Positions 12,950-25,502 of a DNA stretch of 64,000 bases are shown one piece after another. How positions within the stretch are numbered: position 1 is the stretch's first letter; the number at the start of each line of letters is the position of its first letter. The DNA lies in the NCBI GenBank assembly GCA_951406725.2, contig OX597825.1:86552001-86616000 (forward strand), given 5' to 3'. The stretch comes from Octopus vulgaris (lineage: Eukaryota). The notes under the pieces are model-generated. The model did not search any database. It was given only the letters and a program-made list of their open reading frames with translations, and had not been told where the DNA came from. The position numbers were made by a program, and so were the translations under genes.

Positions 12950-14620
12950 GCTGATTTCAAATTTGGCACAAGGCCAGCAATTTTGGTCGAGGGGGCAAAT
13001 CGATTACATTGACCCCAGTACACAACTGGTTCTAATTTTATGGACTCTGAAAGGATGAAAGGCAAAGCCAACCTCGATGGAGTTTGAACTCTGAATGTGA
13101 AAGATGAACGAAATGCCGCTGAGCATTTTGCCTGGCCTGCTAATGATTCAGCCAACTCACCACCTTAATAATAATAATAATAATAATCCCTACTGATATA
13201 GGTACAAGGTATGTAATCTTGGGGAATGGGGTGAGTTGATTACAATGACCCCAGTATTCTACTGGTATTTATTTCATCAACCCAGAAGGGATGAAACGCA
13301 AAGTCGACCTCAGCAGAATTTGAACTTGGAGTGTAAAGATGGATGAAATGCCACTAAGCATTCTGCCAACAATTCTGCCAGCTTAATAATAATAATCATA
13401 AGGGCAGTGAGTCAGTCGAATTATTAGAGAATTGGGAAAAAATGCTATGTGCTATTTCTTCTTAAATCCTTAAAAATGTTTTAGGTCGTGGTCATGCTGG
13501 GGCACCTGAGTTCAAATTCCACCAAGGTCAACTTCACCTTTCATTCTTTTGAGGCCAATAGAATATACATCAGTTAAACTCTGTGGTCAGTGTAATCAAT
13601 TCACTTCCCTGAAAATTACTGGCTTTGAGACCATTATTAAAAAGTGGTGAGCTGGTAGAATCGTTAGCTGGACAAAGTGCTTAGCAACATGTCATCTGGC
13701 TTTCCATTCTGAGTTCAAATTCTGCTGGGGTTGACTTTGTTTTTCATCCTTTCAGGCTTCGTAAAATAAGTACCAGTTGAGTACTAGGGGCAGTGTAATC
13801 AACTAGTGCCTTTCTCCTCTAAATTTCAGGCCTTGTGCCTAAAGTAGAAAGGATTATTATTATTATTGTGGTGAGATGCCATAATTCTAAACATCATCAT
13901 CATGATCCAATGTTTGTTTTCCATGCTGGCATGGGTTGGATGGTTTGACAGGATCCGATGAGCCACAAGACCGTATCGAGCTGCAGTGTCTGGATGGCCC
14001 TTCCTTATGCCAACTGCTTTGCAGTGTGTTCTGGGTTGTTTTCTTGTGCCATTGGCATTGGTGAGATTGCCAAGTAACTTGCAAGTCAAGAAAAGATCCA
14101 AATATTGTCAAGTTTGGTTTTGCCTTTCATCATTTCAGGGCCAATAAACAAATACCAGGTTGCTGCAATCTACTGACCTCCAGAGGCGTAGCTAGGGTAG
14201 GGCAAGCAGGCACATGCCCTGGGCACCACTTTGAGGAGGTGCAATTGTGGCAAAGACCAATTTCTAATTAAGACATTTCTATGAAAGTTTAAGGATGCAA
14301 TTTTGCTGTTTGCCCTGGGCGCCATTTACCCTAGCTACACTCCTGCCGACCTCCCCTGCTTAAAATTGTTGGCCTTGTGCCTGTATTAGAAATAGTTCTT
14401 ATTTGTCCGATGGCAAGCTGACGGACTCATTAGCACACCAGGTAAAATGATGCTTAGCAGCTTTTCAGTCATCCTTATGTTCTGAGTTCAAATTCTGCTG
14501 AGGTTGACTTTGCCTTCCCTCCTTTGGGGGTAAGGTTGATAAAATAAGTCACCAGTTGATCACTTATTCCATCGTCCCCAAATTGCTGGCCTTGTGCCAA
14601 AATTAGAAATCATTATTATT
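12950..14620. repeat. Dense cluster of about six Nin-domain-type SINE copies (two -, four +) with nested inserts
   Basis: Same motifs as the 4575 cluster, at about 12955-13165(-), 13190-13383(-), 13400-13630(+), 13640-13860(+), 14110-14400(+, split by a MITE) and 14410-14615(+). Confidence 0.85.
14181..14345. mobile_element. hAT-type MITE (165 bp) inserted in a SINE
   Basis: 19-bp TIRs CAGAGGCGTAGCTAGGGTA / reverse complement CAGGAGTGTAGCTAGGGTA; 8-bp TSD ctgacctc (14173-14180) and ccgacctc (14346-14353). Confidence 0.88.
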
Positions 14621-16517
14621 ATAATTGCTAATGCTGATCATCTCTAGTGTCTTCTGTTATTTTCATTTCCTAAACATTGCAGCTTTTTATTTCACTGAGG
14701 TGTGAAACAAACAAACAAAGAAAAAAAGAGAAGAAAGAAGCTTTATTTCTGTGCTGGTGTTTTATTATAAATATGATCATGTTGGTATTTTACGTAAAGT
14801 CTCAAAGCTTTAGAAGACAGGTAGGATGTGGTGACAACCATGACATTCTCATCCAAGTGAAATAGCTCCTAGTAAGCCATTTAGTTTCTGGTTGATGCAA
14901 ATCAGTTTATGGCCCTATTGTTCTTGAAAAGGCATGAATGCCTCTCTTCTAGAAAATAGGTCTTTGTTTATAAATCCAATGTCGTTTCATGGTAATTCTC
15001 TTTTATAGACTGTTACTGCAATTCCACGTCTCTTGTTTATTAGTTGGTATTTTTTTATCTTTTAGTTTTCGTGTTCTTTGATTCCATTAAAAGAGGCCTT
15101 TCTGAGTTTATAATAACTTGGTGGCTCACTGTGTCCCTTATTCCTCAACCAAACTTTATTCCTGTTGCTGCTCTTGATTGATATCCCCCCCCCCCCCCAA
15201 TTTAGTGGCCAACAAATATTTTAGGAATGTGATCGTTACCAACGTCGTTTCACTGGCACCTGTGCTGGTGGCACGTGTAAAAAGATTTGAGCGAGGTCAT
15301 TGCCAGTACCGCCTGATTGGCTCCTGTGCCGGTGGCACGTAAAAAGCACTCACTACACTTTGGGAGTGGTTGGCGTTAGGAAGGGCATCCAGCTGTAGAA
15401 ACTCTGCCAGATCAAGATTGGAGCCTGGTGCAGCCATCTGGTTCGCCAGCCCTCAGTAAAAATCGTCCAACCCATGCTAGCATGGAAAGCAGACGTTAAA
15501 CGATGATGATTTATTGCTATAAATTTCAATGTAAAGAACTGCACCATCAGATCTCTGATGTCATCCTATTTAAGGAATGGCACATTTAATATATGTTATT
15601 CGTTCATCTCCCTCCTACCATTTACTCCCAGACGTGAGGTGTTCTCTTATTGATGGTTCTTTACATTTTACTCGTCTACAATGGAAATATAAAGAACACT
15701 TTCTTCTTTTCAAAATATATTCCAAAGTAGTTCATTTCCTGTCAACTACAACAGAACAATGAATGGTCTTTCTAATTGCTACCCGTTTCATATTTTTGAG
15801 CATTCGCTTTGCACATACGTGTGTGTGTGTGTGTGCAGACACATTCCCATAGACAGCAAGTACCCCAGTTTGTTACTCTTAACAGCATATGAAACATTTC
15901 CCACCCCGCAACATTTCCTTGTGAGCTGTTTTGTGTAAGGGAAAAAAAAAAAGAAAAAGGTTGCACGTGATTTAGTTAATGTTTTAGATTATTTGGCAAA
16001 GAACTATCTTTTAATATTTAGTATAAACTATTATTAGCCTGACACAACTGTCCTTATCAACTTCACGCAGTCTTCGCTTTTCGAAGATTTTCTTCATTCA
16101 ACAATCCCCGTTGCTCGTTGCACACTTTGAAGAGGCAGAGACATCTATGTCCCCTCCTCCTCCTCCACCAATTCCTTACATTTATTTTGCTCCCATAACA
16201 GATACCATCTCCAGCATATATTTATATCTCTTCTTTCTCCACATTGATGTTGCTAAATTATCTGCCCCTCCCCCCATAACTTTCACTGGGATAGCAAGCT
16301 TTTTTTTTTCTCAACTTATTTCTTCAACTTCATATATACATATGTATGTATGTATGTGTGTGTGTATGTATGTGTATATACATTCGTATGTATGTGTCTG
16401 TTAAGTAAGTTAGTCGAAGCTCTTTCAGTCCTTTTTTTCTTTCTGTCTACAAGTTTATTATTTTTCATTCCTTCTTCTTTCCTGTCGATTTCTTCCTTCT
16501 TCCCGCCGTCTTCCCGC

Positions 16518-16558
<41 letters not shown>

Positions 16559-17042
16559 TACTTGTTGTAACGACCCCCCCGCACCACCACCACCACCGCG
16601 CATCTGCTGCCATCAGTCCTCGCCGCCGCCGCCGACCCTGCCGCATTATTAGCAGCAGCAGCAGCAGTCATATTTCCAACTAGACACTGTAAACAACAGC
16701 GTGTTGTTGTTGTTGTTGTTGTTGTTGCTGCTGCTGGTTCACCAACTCCATCAGGCCTCCTCTCCACTTAATTGACACACACACACACACACACAACAAC
16801 CGAGGCGACCTGTGGAAGGAAGCCACGCTCCTGTTCTTTCCCCCCTTCATCCGTCTACCTTTCATCTGACCCTCCTCGCTGCTGTCATGGCCAGTCTTTT
16901 ATCTCCTCACAAAATACTCTGAACGTCCCATTCGGTTCGTTTCTTTTTTTTTAAACTCCATCCTCTCCACTGGAAGGAATATTACCGGGAAATATTACTG
17001 TGACGACGACGACGGCTCGGGTTGTTTTGCCCATTACATGCC

Positions 17043-17060
17043 ATGGCCTGGTTCAAGAAG
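17043..17060 (+). CDS. Candidate coding part of an (alternative) first exon of the ACK-like kinase, encoding MAWFKK
   Basis: Ideal Kozak context gccATGG, in-frame TGA upstream at 17001-17003, AAG|GTATGT donor in phase 0 that is compatible with exon 47567, and location inside the CpG-rich island. No transcript evidence. Confidence 0.55.
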
Positions 17061-17579
17061 GTATGTATCCATCGTCTCCACTCATTCACAAATACCCTCT
17101 CACGTCTTTCCACCCGACACCATCACACACCATCACACACACAAAACACGATATTTTCTGATATTTCACTATTTTCTAAATGAAACTATTTCTGCTGCCG
17201 TGTTTTCCTTTCCTGCTGTTGATGTCGATATTTCTGTTCGTTCAGACCTTATGTAAAACATGCAGCAACCTTCACAGATGTCTTATAATTGATGTTTTAT
17301 TAAATAATATTCATGTTTTATTGCGGGGAAAGACGTTGATTGAATTAAAAACAAACTCCCCATCGATTGTTCAGGGCTGTTAATATATATTTATTGTGTC
17401 TCTAAATTTCCGTGGCTTTAAACTGGATTCCCTGTCGTCTCCTGCTAATTTGCGTGTCAGCTCTGTTCCTCTTTTATTTCACACCATTCTTGCCAGTTCC
17501 CTGCATCACACCACCATTAATCCAGTAGATTCTCGTCTCTTGTCCAGCTTCATGTGCAGAAATCATAATTAACCGAATG

Positions 17580-17610
<31 letters not shown>

Positions 17611-19309
17611 AACCCCTCAGCTTCCTCCTCAATTTCGCTGCCTGCTACATCCACTGGCAACAGACATTAAAGTACTATTAACCTACTTCCTTCCCACAAC
17701 CAAGAACATTGTCGGAAATATATGGACCTGGCAACGAATGCTCCCCGTCTTTGCGACGGATTTTCAACATTTTCGGCGGAAATTTCATTCACTCCTCACA
17801 AGCTGCCATTTTTTTTAATGTTTCCAAAATATGTTGCAAGTGAAAGCGATTTTAGTGACGTAAGTTGGTCGTCTTCGAGATGATTCTTCCACCACAATGG
17901 CAGAAAGTCTCTCTCTCTCCGTTTATTATTATCATCATATCTCTGATGATATCTTTCCACCGGATTTAAATAAAGAAGGAGCGGCTGTTGTAGTATTTTC
18001 TCGCTGCTATACTTCCACTTGAGTCACCTGTGTTGTTTCATTCACTAAATTACAGCAGCAACATCCACAGACATGGCAACTGCTGCCAGCAGCTTTATCA
18101 TCATCATCATCATCACAACTGCATTTGGAATATTCCTGACTGGATTTCATCACAAGAAACCTCCATAATGACCACACGCAATCACCTTCATCGTTATCAT
18201 CATCATTAATTCTGTTCGATTTAAAAATCTCTTTGTTTCGTTTTTTTTCCCCCCCGTCTCTTCCTCCTTCACGCTTGTTCCAGATCTTTTGTTTCTCCAC
18301 TTGTGCCATTCCCTGCGGATAAAATGTCCCACCACAAGAGTTACCGCCTGGAATGTAAATGTCTAGAACACTCTTAGCTTTCTAAGCCTCTCACTCTAAC
18401 GGGTAAATATATATCCAGATTGTATAGTTTCGGGGTAGTTCCTCGTTATAATAATCTATAATTAGCCACCCCCACCACACTACCTGTTCATTTATGAGTC
18501 AACGAGGGAACCTCGACCTGTTAGAAATAGCAGCTAAGTCACCCTCTACATTATTACGGTGATGCTTCACATGAAGTAGTCCTACGTGGGATATGTCTAA
18601 AACAGAGGCAGGACGGCCATGGTTGGAACATGTTTAATGATAGGGGCGAAACAGCAATAATCTTGTTCAATATGGGCCGATATATATATTATCGATTATG
18701 TTACCCCCCCCCCCCAACCCACCCCAGAAAGAACAATCGATCTCAGTGCAACTCTATTACTCATCATCGCACGTTATTCACTTTTATTAAATAAACTGTT
18801 TTTTTAATTTTAATTTTTTTAATTGCGTAAATGTATTTTCGCGCCCACGTGATTACCTTTTGTGGGGGTTATTAATGTCGACCTGTTAAGGAGGCCCACC
18901 CAGCATGGGGGGTACTTTCGCTGTCGTCTGTATCCTAACTACATGAGGTTGAAAATAAACCCATGCTTGGCCTTTTTACATCCACATTATGTGGAGGAAG
19001 TGTCTCTGTCTCAGCATGGCACGACTCTCGCATCGAGGGTACTCGTTGGGATTGTCGCGAAAGCTGTGTGTGTGTGTGCATGCATCTATATGTGTGTAGG
19101 TTAAGACCTATCCTAGCAGGGGTTTACTTTCAACTTCATCTACCTAGGATTGTCTCGTGTATTTATACATTCATTATACGCATATGGGTGCGTGTATGTA
19201 TATATACATATATACACGTCTAGGTGCGCATGATACATACATATGTTGGCAGAGGCAGACCACTTCCGGTTGGCATTTGCCAATTAAAGCTGTTCTCTTA
19301 ATCAACTTT

Positions 19310-19775
19310 GTGATTCAGAGCCGATCGCTTGTCCTTCAAATTAACCGTCCAGCTGACCATGTGACTTGGCCACAGCCATACTGGACGACTCCAGCCAAAG
19401 TGGTTAATCGACCCGATAGGAATAGCAACAAAATCTCCCTTAAATTACTTTCTACTGTCTTAAAAAAAAAGGGACATATTTTTATAATGCAGTCGTGGTT
19501 GTCTGCAGAAGAGAGACGAGGTAGACATAGACGGGGGTACCTTTGAATGTAGATGTACAGAATCGGAGCTGACCTCGGTCGAAACTGCAACTTGAACGAG
19601 CGAAAGTGGTTGGGCCTCTATGTAGTCGCTCGACCTGCTAGAAACAATAGGCAAATCTGTCATCGTAATAAAAAAATGACAATGAAATAGTGTAAAACAA
19701 ACAAAATAAACGGGATGGTCATGTCTGGATTATCTTTTGATTCTAGATCTGCTCCATCAGACAACAACAATGTTG
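19310..19775 (+). repeat. Interspersed repeat family with a ctgctagaaatagcagccaaatctccct core; copies also at about 18495-18660, 31410-31470(-), 33300-33480(-), 45800-46430 and 58330-58530(-)
   Basis: Recurrent tagaaatagcagc.aa..t.cc.t.aa.tcacacc..ctgtcttaaaaaa..gggatggtcatg.ctgg..aaacaacaac motifs. Confidence 0.6.
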
Positions 19776-21824
19776 TTACATATTTCAATGGAGTAATTGA
19801 AATGCGAATCCAGTGTGACGGTTGTATGTTATGATGTGTGATTTAAAGGAATGCAATCACACTGACTGATGTTTCCCCTATTTTAAGGATGGGGCATTGA
19901 TTTAATTTCATTGCTTGCCACCAATATATCCCCTCTTTTCCGTTAGTGTATTGTTACTTTGGTCAGATTTCAGCAATTTCGAGACGTGAACTAGATACAA
20001 ATTTACGTAGAAGATCCAGAGTTTTGATTTGATAATGTTAGAAATTTTAATTTTGAATGTTTATAGAACAAAGGGTAAACTCCTGGTTAGTCTGGGAAAT
20101 GGTTTTTCCTTTCGTGCCTGAAATTATGTGATTAATCAGGTTATTTTCTTCTATAAATGTGTGGCTTTATTATTTACAATTTAAGTCTTCCACCAGTAAA
20201 TTCATTTGAATTACGTGTAATTATATAGACTAGGTCAGTGCTTTTCTTTTAACTGTGTGCATGCACATATATATATATACGATATTGTAAAGAGTGTATA
20301 AGATACCATTAGTGTTCTGAATTTCATTTCACAATATAGTTTTACAGTCTGTTATTTTACTGGGCCAGCCTAAACTCATAATTGTAAATACAGTCACTGA
20401 TACAAGCCCTAATGTATTAATTATATCCCTAATTTAATGTACTCCAGTTCTAGGGTTACAATCTCATTTTGTTGTGTGGGGTAGGGTCACCATAACCTTT
20501 GTGAAACTGAAAAAAAAAAGACTGATTGCCTCAGAGAGAAAATTGTTAACTGCCGTTCCATGTAAATCTTCTGCTACACCTACTTAAGTCAACAGAGCTG
20601 AAAATAGACATCACTGTAAGTTTATAGTCAACTATTTTGTATAACTACCCTAGCACTATTCCCTGGCCTTCCAGATACCATCTGAATGAGGCACTCTTTC
20701 TGGTATTGAAGAATTAGATTTTGGTATTATTTTAGGCAATGAGTATACTACAGTCATGATGATGATGAAGATAAATCTGATGTATTGTTGACTCAATTCA
20801 TGACAGTTTGGAGTAAAATTGATAATGATGTTGACTTGTAAAGATTTCCACAACCATGCTTTTAGTTCTGTGAACACAAAATGAATCAACAATAGTTTAA
20901 TAATGTTCTGTTTACGATCACAAAGTAAAGTTCTTAATTTTCTCATTGCAAATACAAAATCCAATTTGTTAGATTATACTTAAAAGGTTACCCATATGTC
21001 AGAATATAATGGATGCCCTTCCTAACGCCAACCACTCCGAGAGTGTAGTGGGTGCTTTTTATGTGCCACCCTCCCCGGGGGCCAGCCAGGCGGTATTGGC
21101 AGTCCAGTCAGTTGATCTCACTCAACCCTAATTCTGCCCCAGACCCAAACATTCTCACACCTAACAGCTATTACCCATTGGTGTGTGTTTACACCAACAT
21201 AGTCATCCTTCTTCCCCTCTCAGAATTACTTCCCTAACTTTTCTTGTTTTACTCAACTTCAAATAGTTTTGTTTTCATTTTTACACAACAATAAATTTTA
21301 TGGTTTTCATCTCAGTACTAGTTTTGTGTGGTGAATTTGCTAGTGAAGTAGGACCGTTAATGCTTTCTAATAGAAGTAGTTGAGTAAATATGTCCTCGAA
21401 AGGAAGCTGTAAATATATTTGGCTGCAGTGGAAACGTTGAGTTTTCAGATCATCTTTTATAGGCCTTCACACCTAATTGAGCTTTTCTGCTTGACACCCA
21501 ATTCTCTAATATTACATAGTTTCTGCAGTCTTACATTTGTTTTATCTGAAAGCTGCAGTGAAATTGCCCCTGCGGAGGGTAGGGCTTCTGGAATATCTAT
21601 TAAGTGAGCACCCTAGGTGTAAGTTAATTTACTAACCAGGCATTCAGTGGTTACACAATTGTTGAAAGGGGTGGGGGTGGGGATCATTTAAAATACTTTC
21701 AGTTGTAACTTTGTATATTGAGTTCTACCTGGGTTCCATTACTCCCATCTTTATTCTGCATTCACAGCTGACATTTCTTCTGTCAAGATTTCTCTCTCTC
21801 TTTTTTTTTTTTAAATATTCTTAG

Positions 21825-21866
21825 AAGCAATTCCTACATGATGTTGGCATCTTTCAATCCCAGCTG
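21825..21866 (+). CDS. Candidate 42-nt in-frame cassette microexon (KQFLHDVGIFQSQL)
   Basis: Long pyrimidine tract (21789-21812), ttag acceptor and CTG|GTAAGC donor; 14 sense codons in phase 0-0. Confidence 0.3.
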
Positions 21867-22306
21867 GTAAGCAATGCCTAGAATACTGCCATGAATTTCT
21901 GAAGAGTGGAATCTATTTAAATGCTGAGATCTGTTTATTAAAGGGAAACGGTAGAATTAAGCTTCCTAATGATGGATCTGTGTTGGTAAAAGCTGTTCAG
22001 TGATTTAGTTTTTACAAAGTGAAACTAGTTCCCAACTATTATCAACCAAATGGCTTGCCTGGTTGGTGAGAAAATGTGAAACACCATGTTGGCATCGAAT
22101 TTTGATTCTTGTTGCCATTTAATTTCGCTGTTAGTTCTGTTGTCTTTCAGAAAACCATGAACACCACCACACACTCACATTTCTCATTGCCTTCTGAATC
22201 TTAGGCCTTGCATGATAAGTCAGTGTATGCAATTTAACAATGGTTAGAACTGGGATTTTTCTGTCAGAAATAGTCTCACCCTTTCTGAGAGGTGGTTGAA
22301 GGTTCA

Positions 22307-22663
22307 TCTCTCTATATATATAAATGGCAAAATGCCTGTCTGTGTGTGTCCTTTATACAATTCCACAATTTTTCAGTTAGATCGCTTGCACTTTCTATGG
22401 TCATTCAAAACCGTCCAAGGGTGCACATCTTTACATTTCCCCAGTCACCCCGTAAAGCCATTAAAAAATCAATAGGAGTGACTTTTTGAGGATTTTCTAT
22501 CCAAAACCCAATCAAAATGCCCGAAACTTGATACGCCAATTGAATGTCAGGTAGCTGTATGTGATCGGTCGGAGATTTGGACAGTACTTGCGTGTATGTG
22601 CGCACGCAGCTGTATATGCATGCACTAGCACCATGATCTGGTGTTGCTGGGTCATAGTGATAG
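22307..22663 (+). mobile_element. Non-autonomous Helitron-like element, copy 1
   Basis: A|TC 5' end, 3' hairpin (actagcaccatgatc..ggtcatagtgatag) ending TAG|T, no TSD; highly similar inverted copy at 61577-61960. Confidence 0.7.
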
Positions 22664-24642
22664 TGTTTAATAAAAAAAAAAAAATTATGGTTTAGTGAAA
22701 GGAGGAAGAGTTGTAGTCCTCCTGGCTTTGTTTCCAATACTTGTGGGAGAGAAATGATAGCACATTAGAGTCTGTCCCATTGAAGTATAGGCACTGCTTG
22801 CCTAATTTCACTCACAAACAGGCTTGGATCAATGTAATGCATTTGTAGGAAGCACTTATCTAAGGTGCCACATAATGGGATGGGACCTGGAACTTAATCA
22901 TTTGGTCATACCTGCACTCCCAGCAAAAGGGTCAGGTCTGTTTTTAGTATTAAATTTCAATGAGAAAACATCAAGGCTAATAACTTTCACACCTATAACT
23001 GTAGGTAGGTAGGGTCAGTGGGTTTTTTTTTTTTGCCAAACCTGCATCATCAGTCAACAGGAAATTTAAGGTCAGCCCTGAAGGAGCAGTTTGTTGCTTG
23101 AATGCTGTGGTAGCTGTGACTTTTTAAAAAAATGTTGCAGAGAGGCGCATTGAACTGAGTAATGATATGGAATGAGTTTGGTTGCTTTCTTGATATATCA
23201 TTATTGGTTTATCACCCACTTTTCCATGTGTGCAGACAGAATTTGAGATAGATTTCCTATAATAGTAGGACACCCTTCCTGTTGTTACCCGCACCTATTT
23301 TCAAGAAAAGTAATAATTTTCTCTGTGGCTGAACATTTTTCCATGGAGGACTGGAAATAGACACCATCAGTATGATAAAGATGCTCGTTTACAACTGTCA
23401 CACAACATCTAGAGAAGGAAACCTAAGCACACACACACAAACACCATCTACTCACAAGGCTCTGGCTGTTCTGAGGTTATAACAGAAGGCATTTGTCCAA
23501 AGTGTTACACACAAGGACTGAACCTGAAACCATGGGGTCAGGAAGTGGACTTAACTTTGTAGCCACACATCAAACATATTAAGCTTCCTTCTTCTACATT
23601 CTGAGGGTTACGGTTGATGGTAAAAGACATTGCATTTATTATATTGGTGTCTATACAATCGCTCTTCCCACAAATTGCATCAAGTTTAGCTACCATCATC
23701 ATCATTGTCATCACTCTTGAATATTATGACCATCCTGACCGTTGTTCTTGTGGAAATCATCATTATTTCTAATGTCATTTGTCTGGTTTTCCTTGTTGAT
23801 TGTTTCTTCCTTAAAGTTGTTATTTCGTTAATATCTTGGTTTATTTTCTGTAAGATAATGGTGATTAGGACACTCTTTTGGGCCATAGTTGGCACCACTT
23901 TGGTTATTCTTGCACCCACCCCGTCTTTTATTTTTAAATTGTTGTAAGGGTTAACTAGATCTGCCAACCTATATCTTCACTCACTCGAAGAAAGGTTCTA
24001 AAGCTGGATGTCACTTGCCACATAAATCCATGTATACACAATTTGAAACGACAACTTTAACAACTCTGCCACCATTCAGCTGTACACTTGATAATATAAT
24101 GGATTATTAAAGTGTATTATACATTACATTCCTGATGACTCAACTAATTCACTAGTTGCCCCCACCCCCAACTCCACCACCTCATTATTCATAAATCAAC
24201 TTTCTCACAAACCAAACTCTGGTAACATTCTTCTTGGTTTTGAACTAGAAATATACAATAAATATTCGGTGTCCCCTGTTTAATCCTGCTGCCTAGCTAA
24301 TGTGAACAACCCTAACTAGTAATTAGTTATCTCTATTCTATGTAATTATGTGTTCGCAAAGAGCAAGTTGGTGTAAATTCTTTTAAACTGCTGCCACGAG
24401 ATTATTGATGCATGACTCAAAGACAAACTTCATAATCAGCTTAACTTTTTGAATTCCTTGAAATAGTTGATTTATTGAATAAAGTTAAGTCACTTTTGAT
24501 GCCAGCTGTAGAGGGGTGGGGGGTGGGATTGGGGACTGTCCTGATATTTACAGTATTTATCTGTTATTCCTGTTACTAAGAAATCTGTCAAAAGGCCATA
24601 ATCATGGTTTTGAGAGTTAACAATAATTCCTTTTTTTTTTAA

Positions 24643-24850
24643 AGATTTTGTCATATCCTGCCCCAGATATTCTGCCTGTTTTAAGTTCAAACTGACTAGA
24701 TCTGGCCTTTCATACTTACCCTACAAAGTCATTCTAAAAATCCACAATCACATCATTGAAATTTCAAAGCCACAAGATACTGAGTGATTAATTCAAAGCA
24801 TGCAACTAAACAAGCATTGCATTAGATGAGATAATCTGAATGCGAAAGGG
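24643..24850 (-). mobile_element. piggyBac-type MITE, same family, reverse orientation
   Basis: Ends GAATGCGAAAGGG|TTAA; the interior is the reverse complement of 41949-42164; left end approximate. Confidence 0.65.
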
Positions 24851-25502
24851 TTAAAGGCAGGTGATGTCTGCTTAAAATGTAATCCTTCACTTTTGCTTTT
24901 TTTTTGTTGGTTGTCTTTTCAGGTTTGTTATTCTAAGTACAGGTGTTACTGTTGGTCTAATATTGTATTGTAGAGATTGTGGTCGATCTGATGAGGACTG
25001 AAGATCTCCTGGCAGTCCTTCAGTTGTTATTACTTAGAGGCTGATGCACGTGTTTTGTGTGTTTGTTTCGATCTTCATGTGTTGGTTTGTGACACAACCT
25101 CCTATATGGTCCAAATGGTGTGTTTGTGTGCAGCACCACCAAATTTCACTTTGTTGGACAATGTTGGTCTTTCATAGCAGTTGGATCATTCTCTAGAATA
25201 TCAGTAATTTGGTTTATTATAGAATTTTTATTTTCCTCTTTTGGAAGAAGAAGAGAACTGCTTTTTGATGACTTATATTTTATGAATTCTGAGAGGATGA
25301 GGGTTAATGTTGCTACTGGTGACAGTTTATGTTTGGAAATGGAAGCTATAAAAAAAAAAATGTACTATGATTCTTTTTTTTTACAGGCTTCTGTAGAAAT
25401 TTAAAGTTTGCTTGATATTATATCTTGAGAATTATCTTGTTTGGCTGCTAAGTTTGTGGACATTGATTAAACCATTTAACTTGGTGTGTGGTCATTGATT
25501 AA

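Larger units (their letters stand above)
16050..19950. promoter_or_regulatory. CpG-retaining island: putative unmethylated promoter, 5'UTR and first-exon region
   Basis: CpG is visibly frequent here (e.g. cgccgccgccgccgac, gacgacgacgacgg) but rare elsewhere in the window. Clustered (CT)n, (GCA)n, (GTT)n and (CA)n tracts. Repeat copies inside the region keep their CpGs. Boundaries approximate. Confidence 0.6.

Noticed and set aside
16558-16865. - strand ORFs with poly-Ala/Thr/Gln, suggesting a divergent gene
   Set aside because: Explained by trinucleotide microsatellites in the putative 5'UTR; no domain and no downstream - strand exons found. A divergent non-coding transcript is not excluded.
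18323-18410. Second possible first exon (ATG TCC CAC CAC AAG..) in the CpG island
   Set aside because: Weak donors (GTAAAT), not phase-0 compatible with exon 47567, and the frame closes after 17 codons.
24923-24942. Acceptor- and donor-bounded 20-nt segment
   Set aside because: Weak donor (GTGTTA) and not frame-preserving.
24988-25023. CTGATGA followed by a GGACTG/CAGTCC stem (hammerhead-like)
   Set aside because: No GAAA box follows the stem; it is just a small hairpin.
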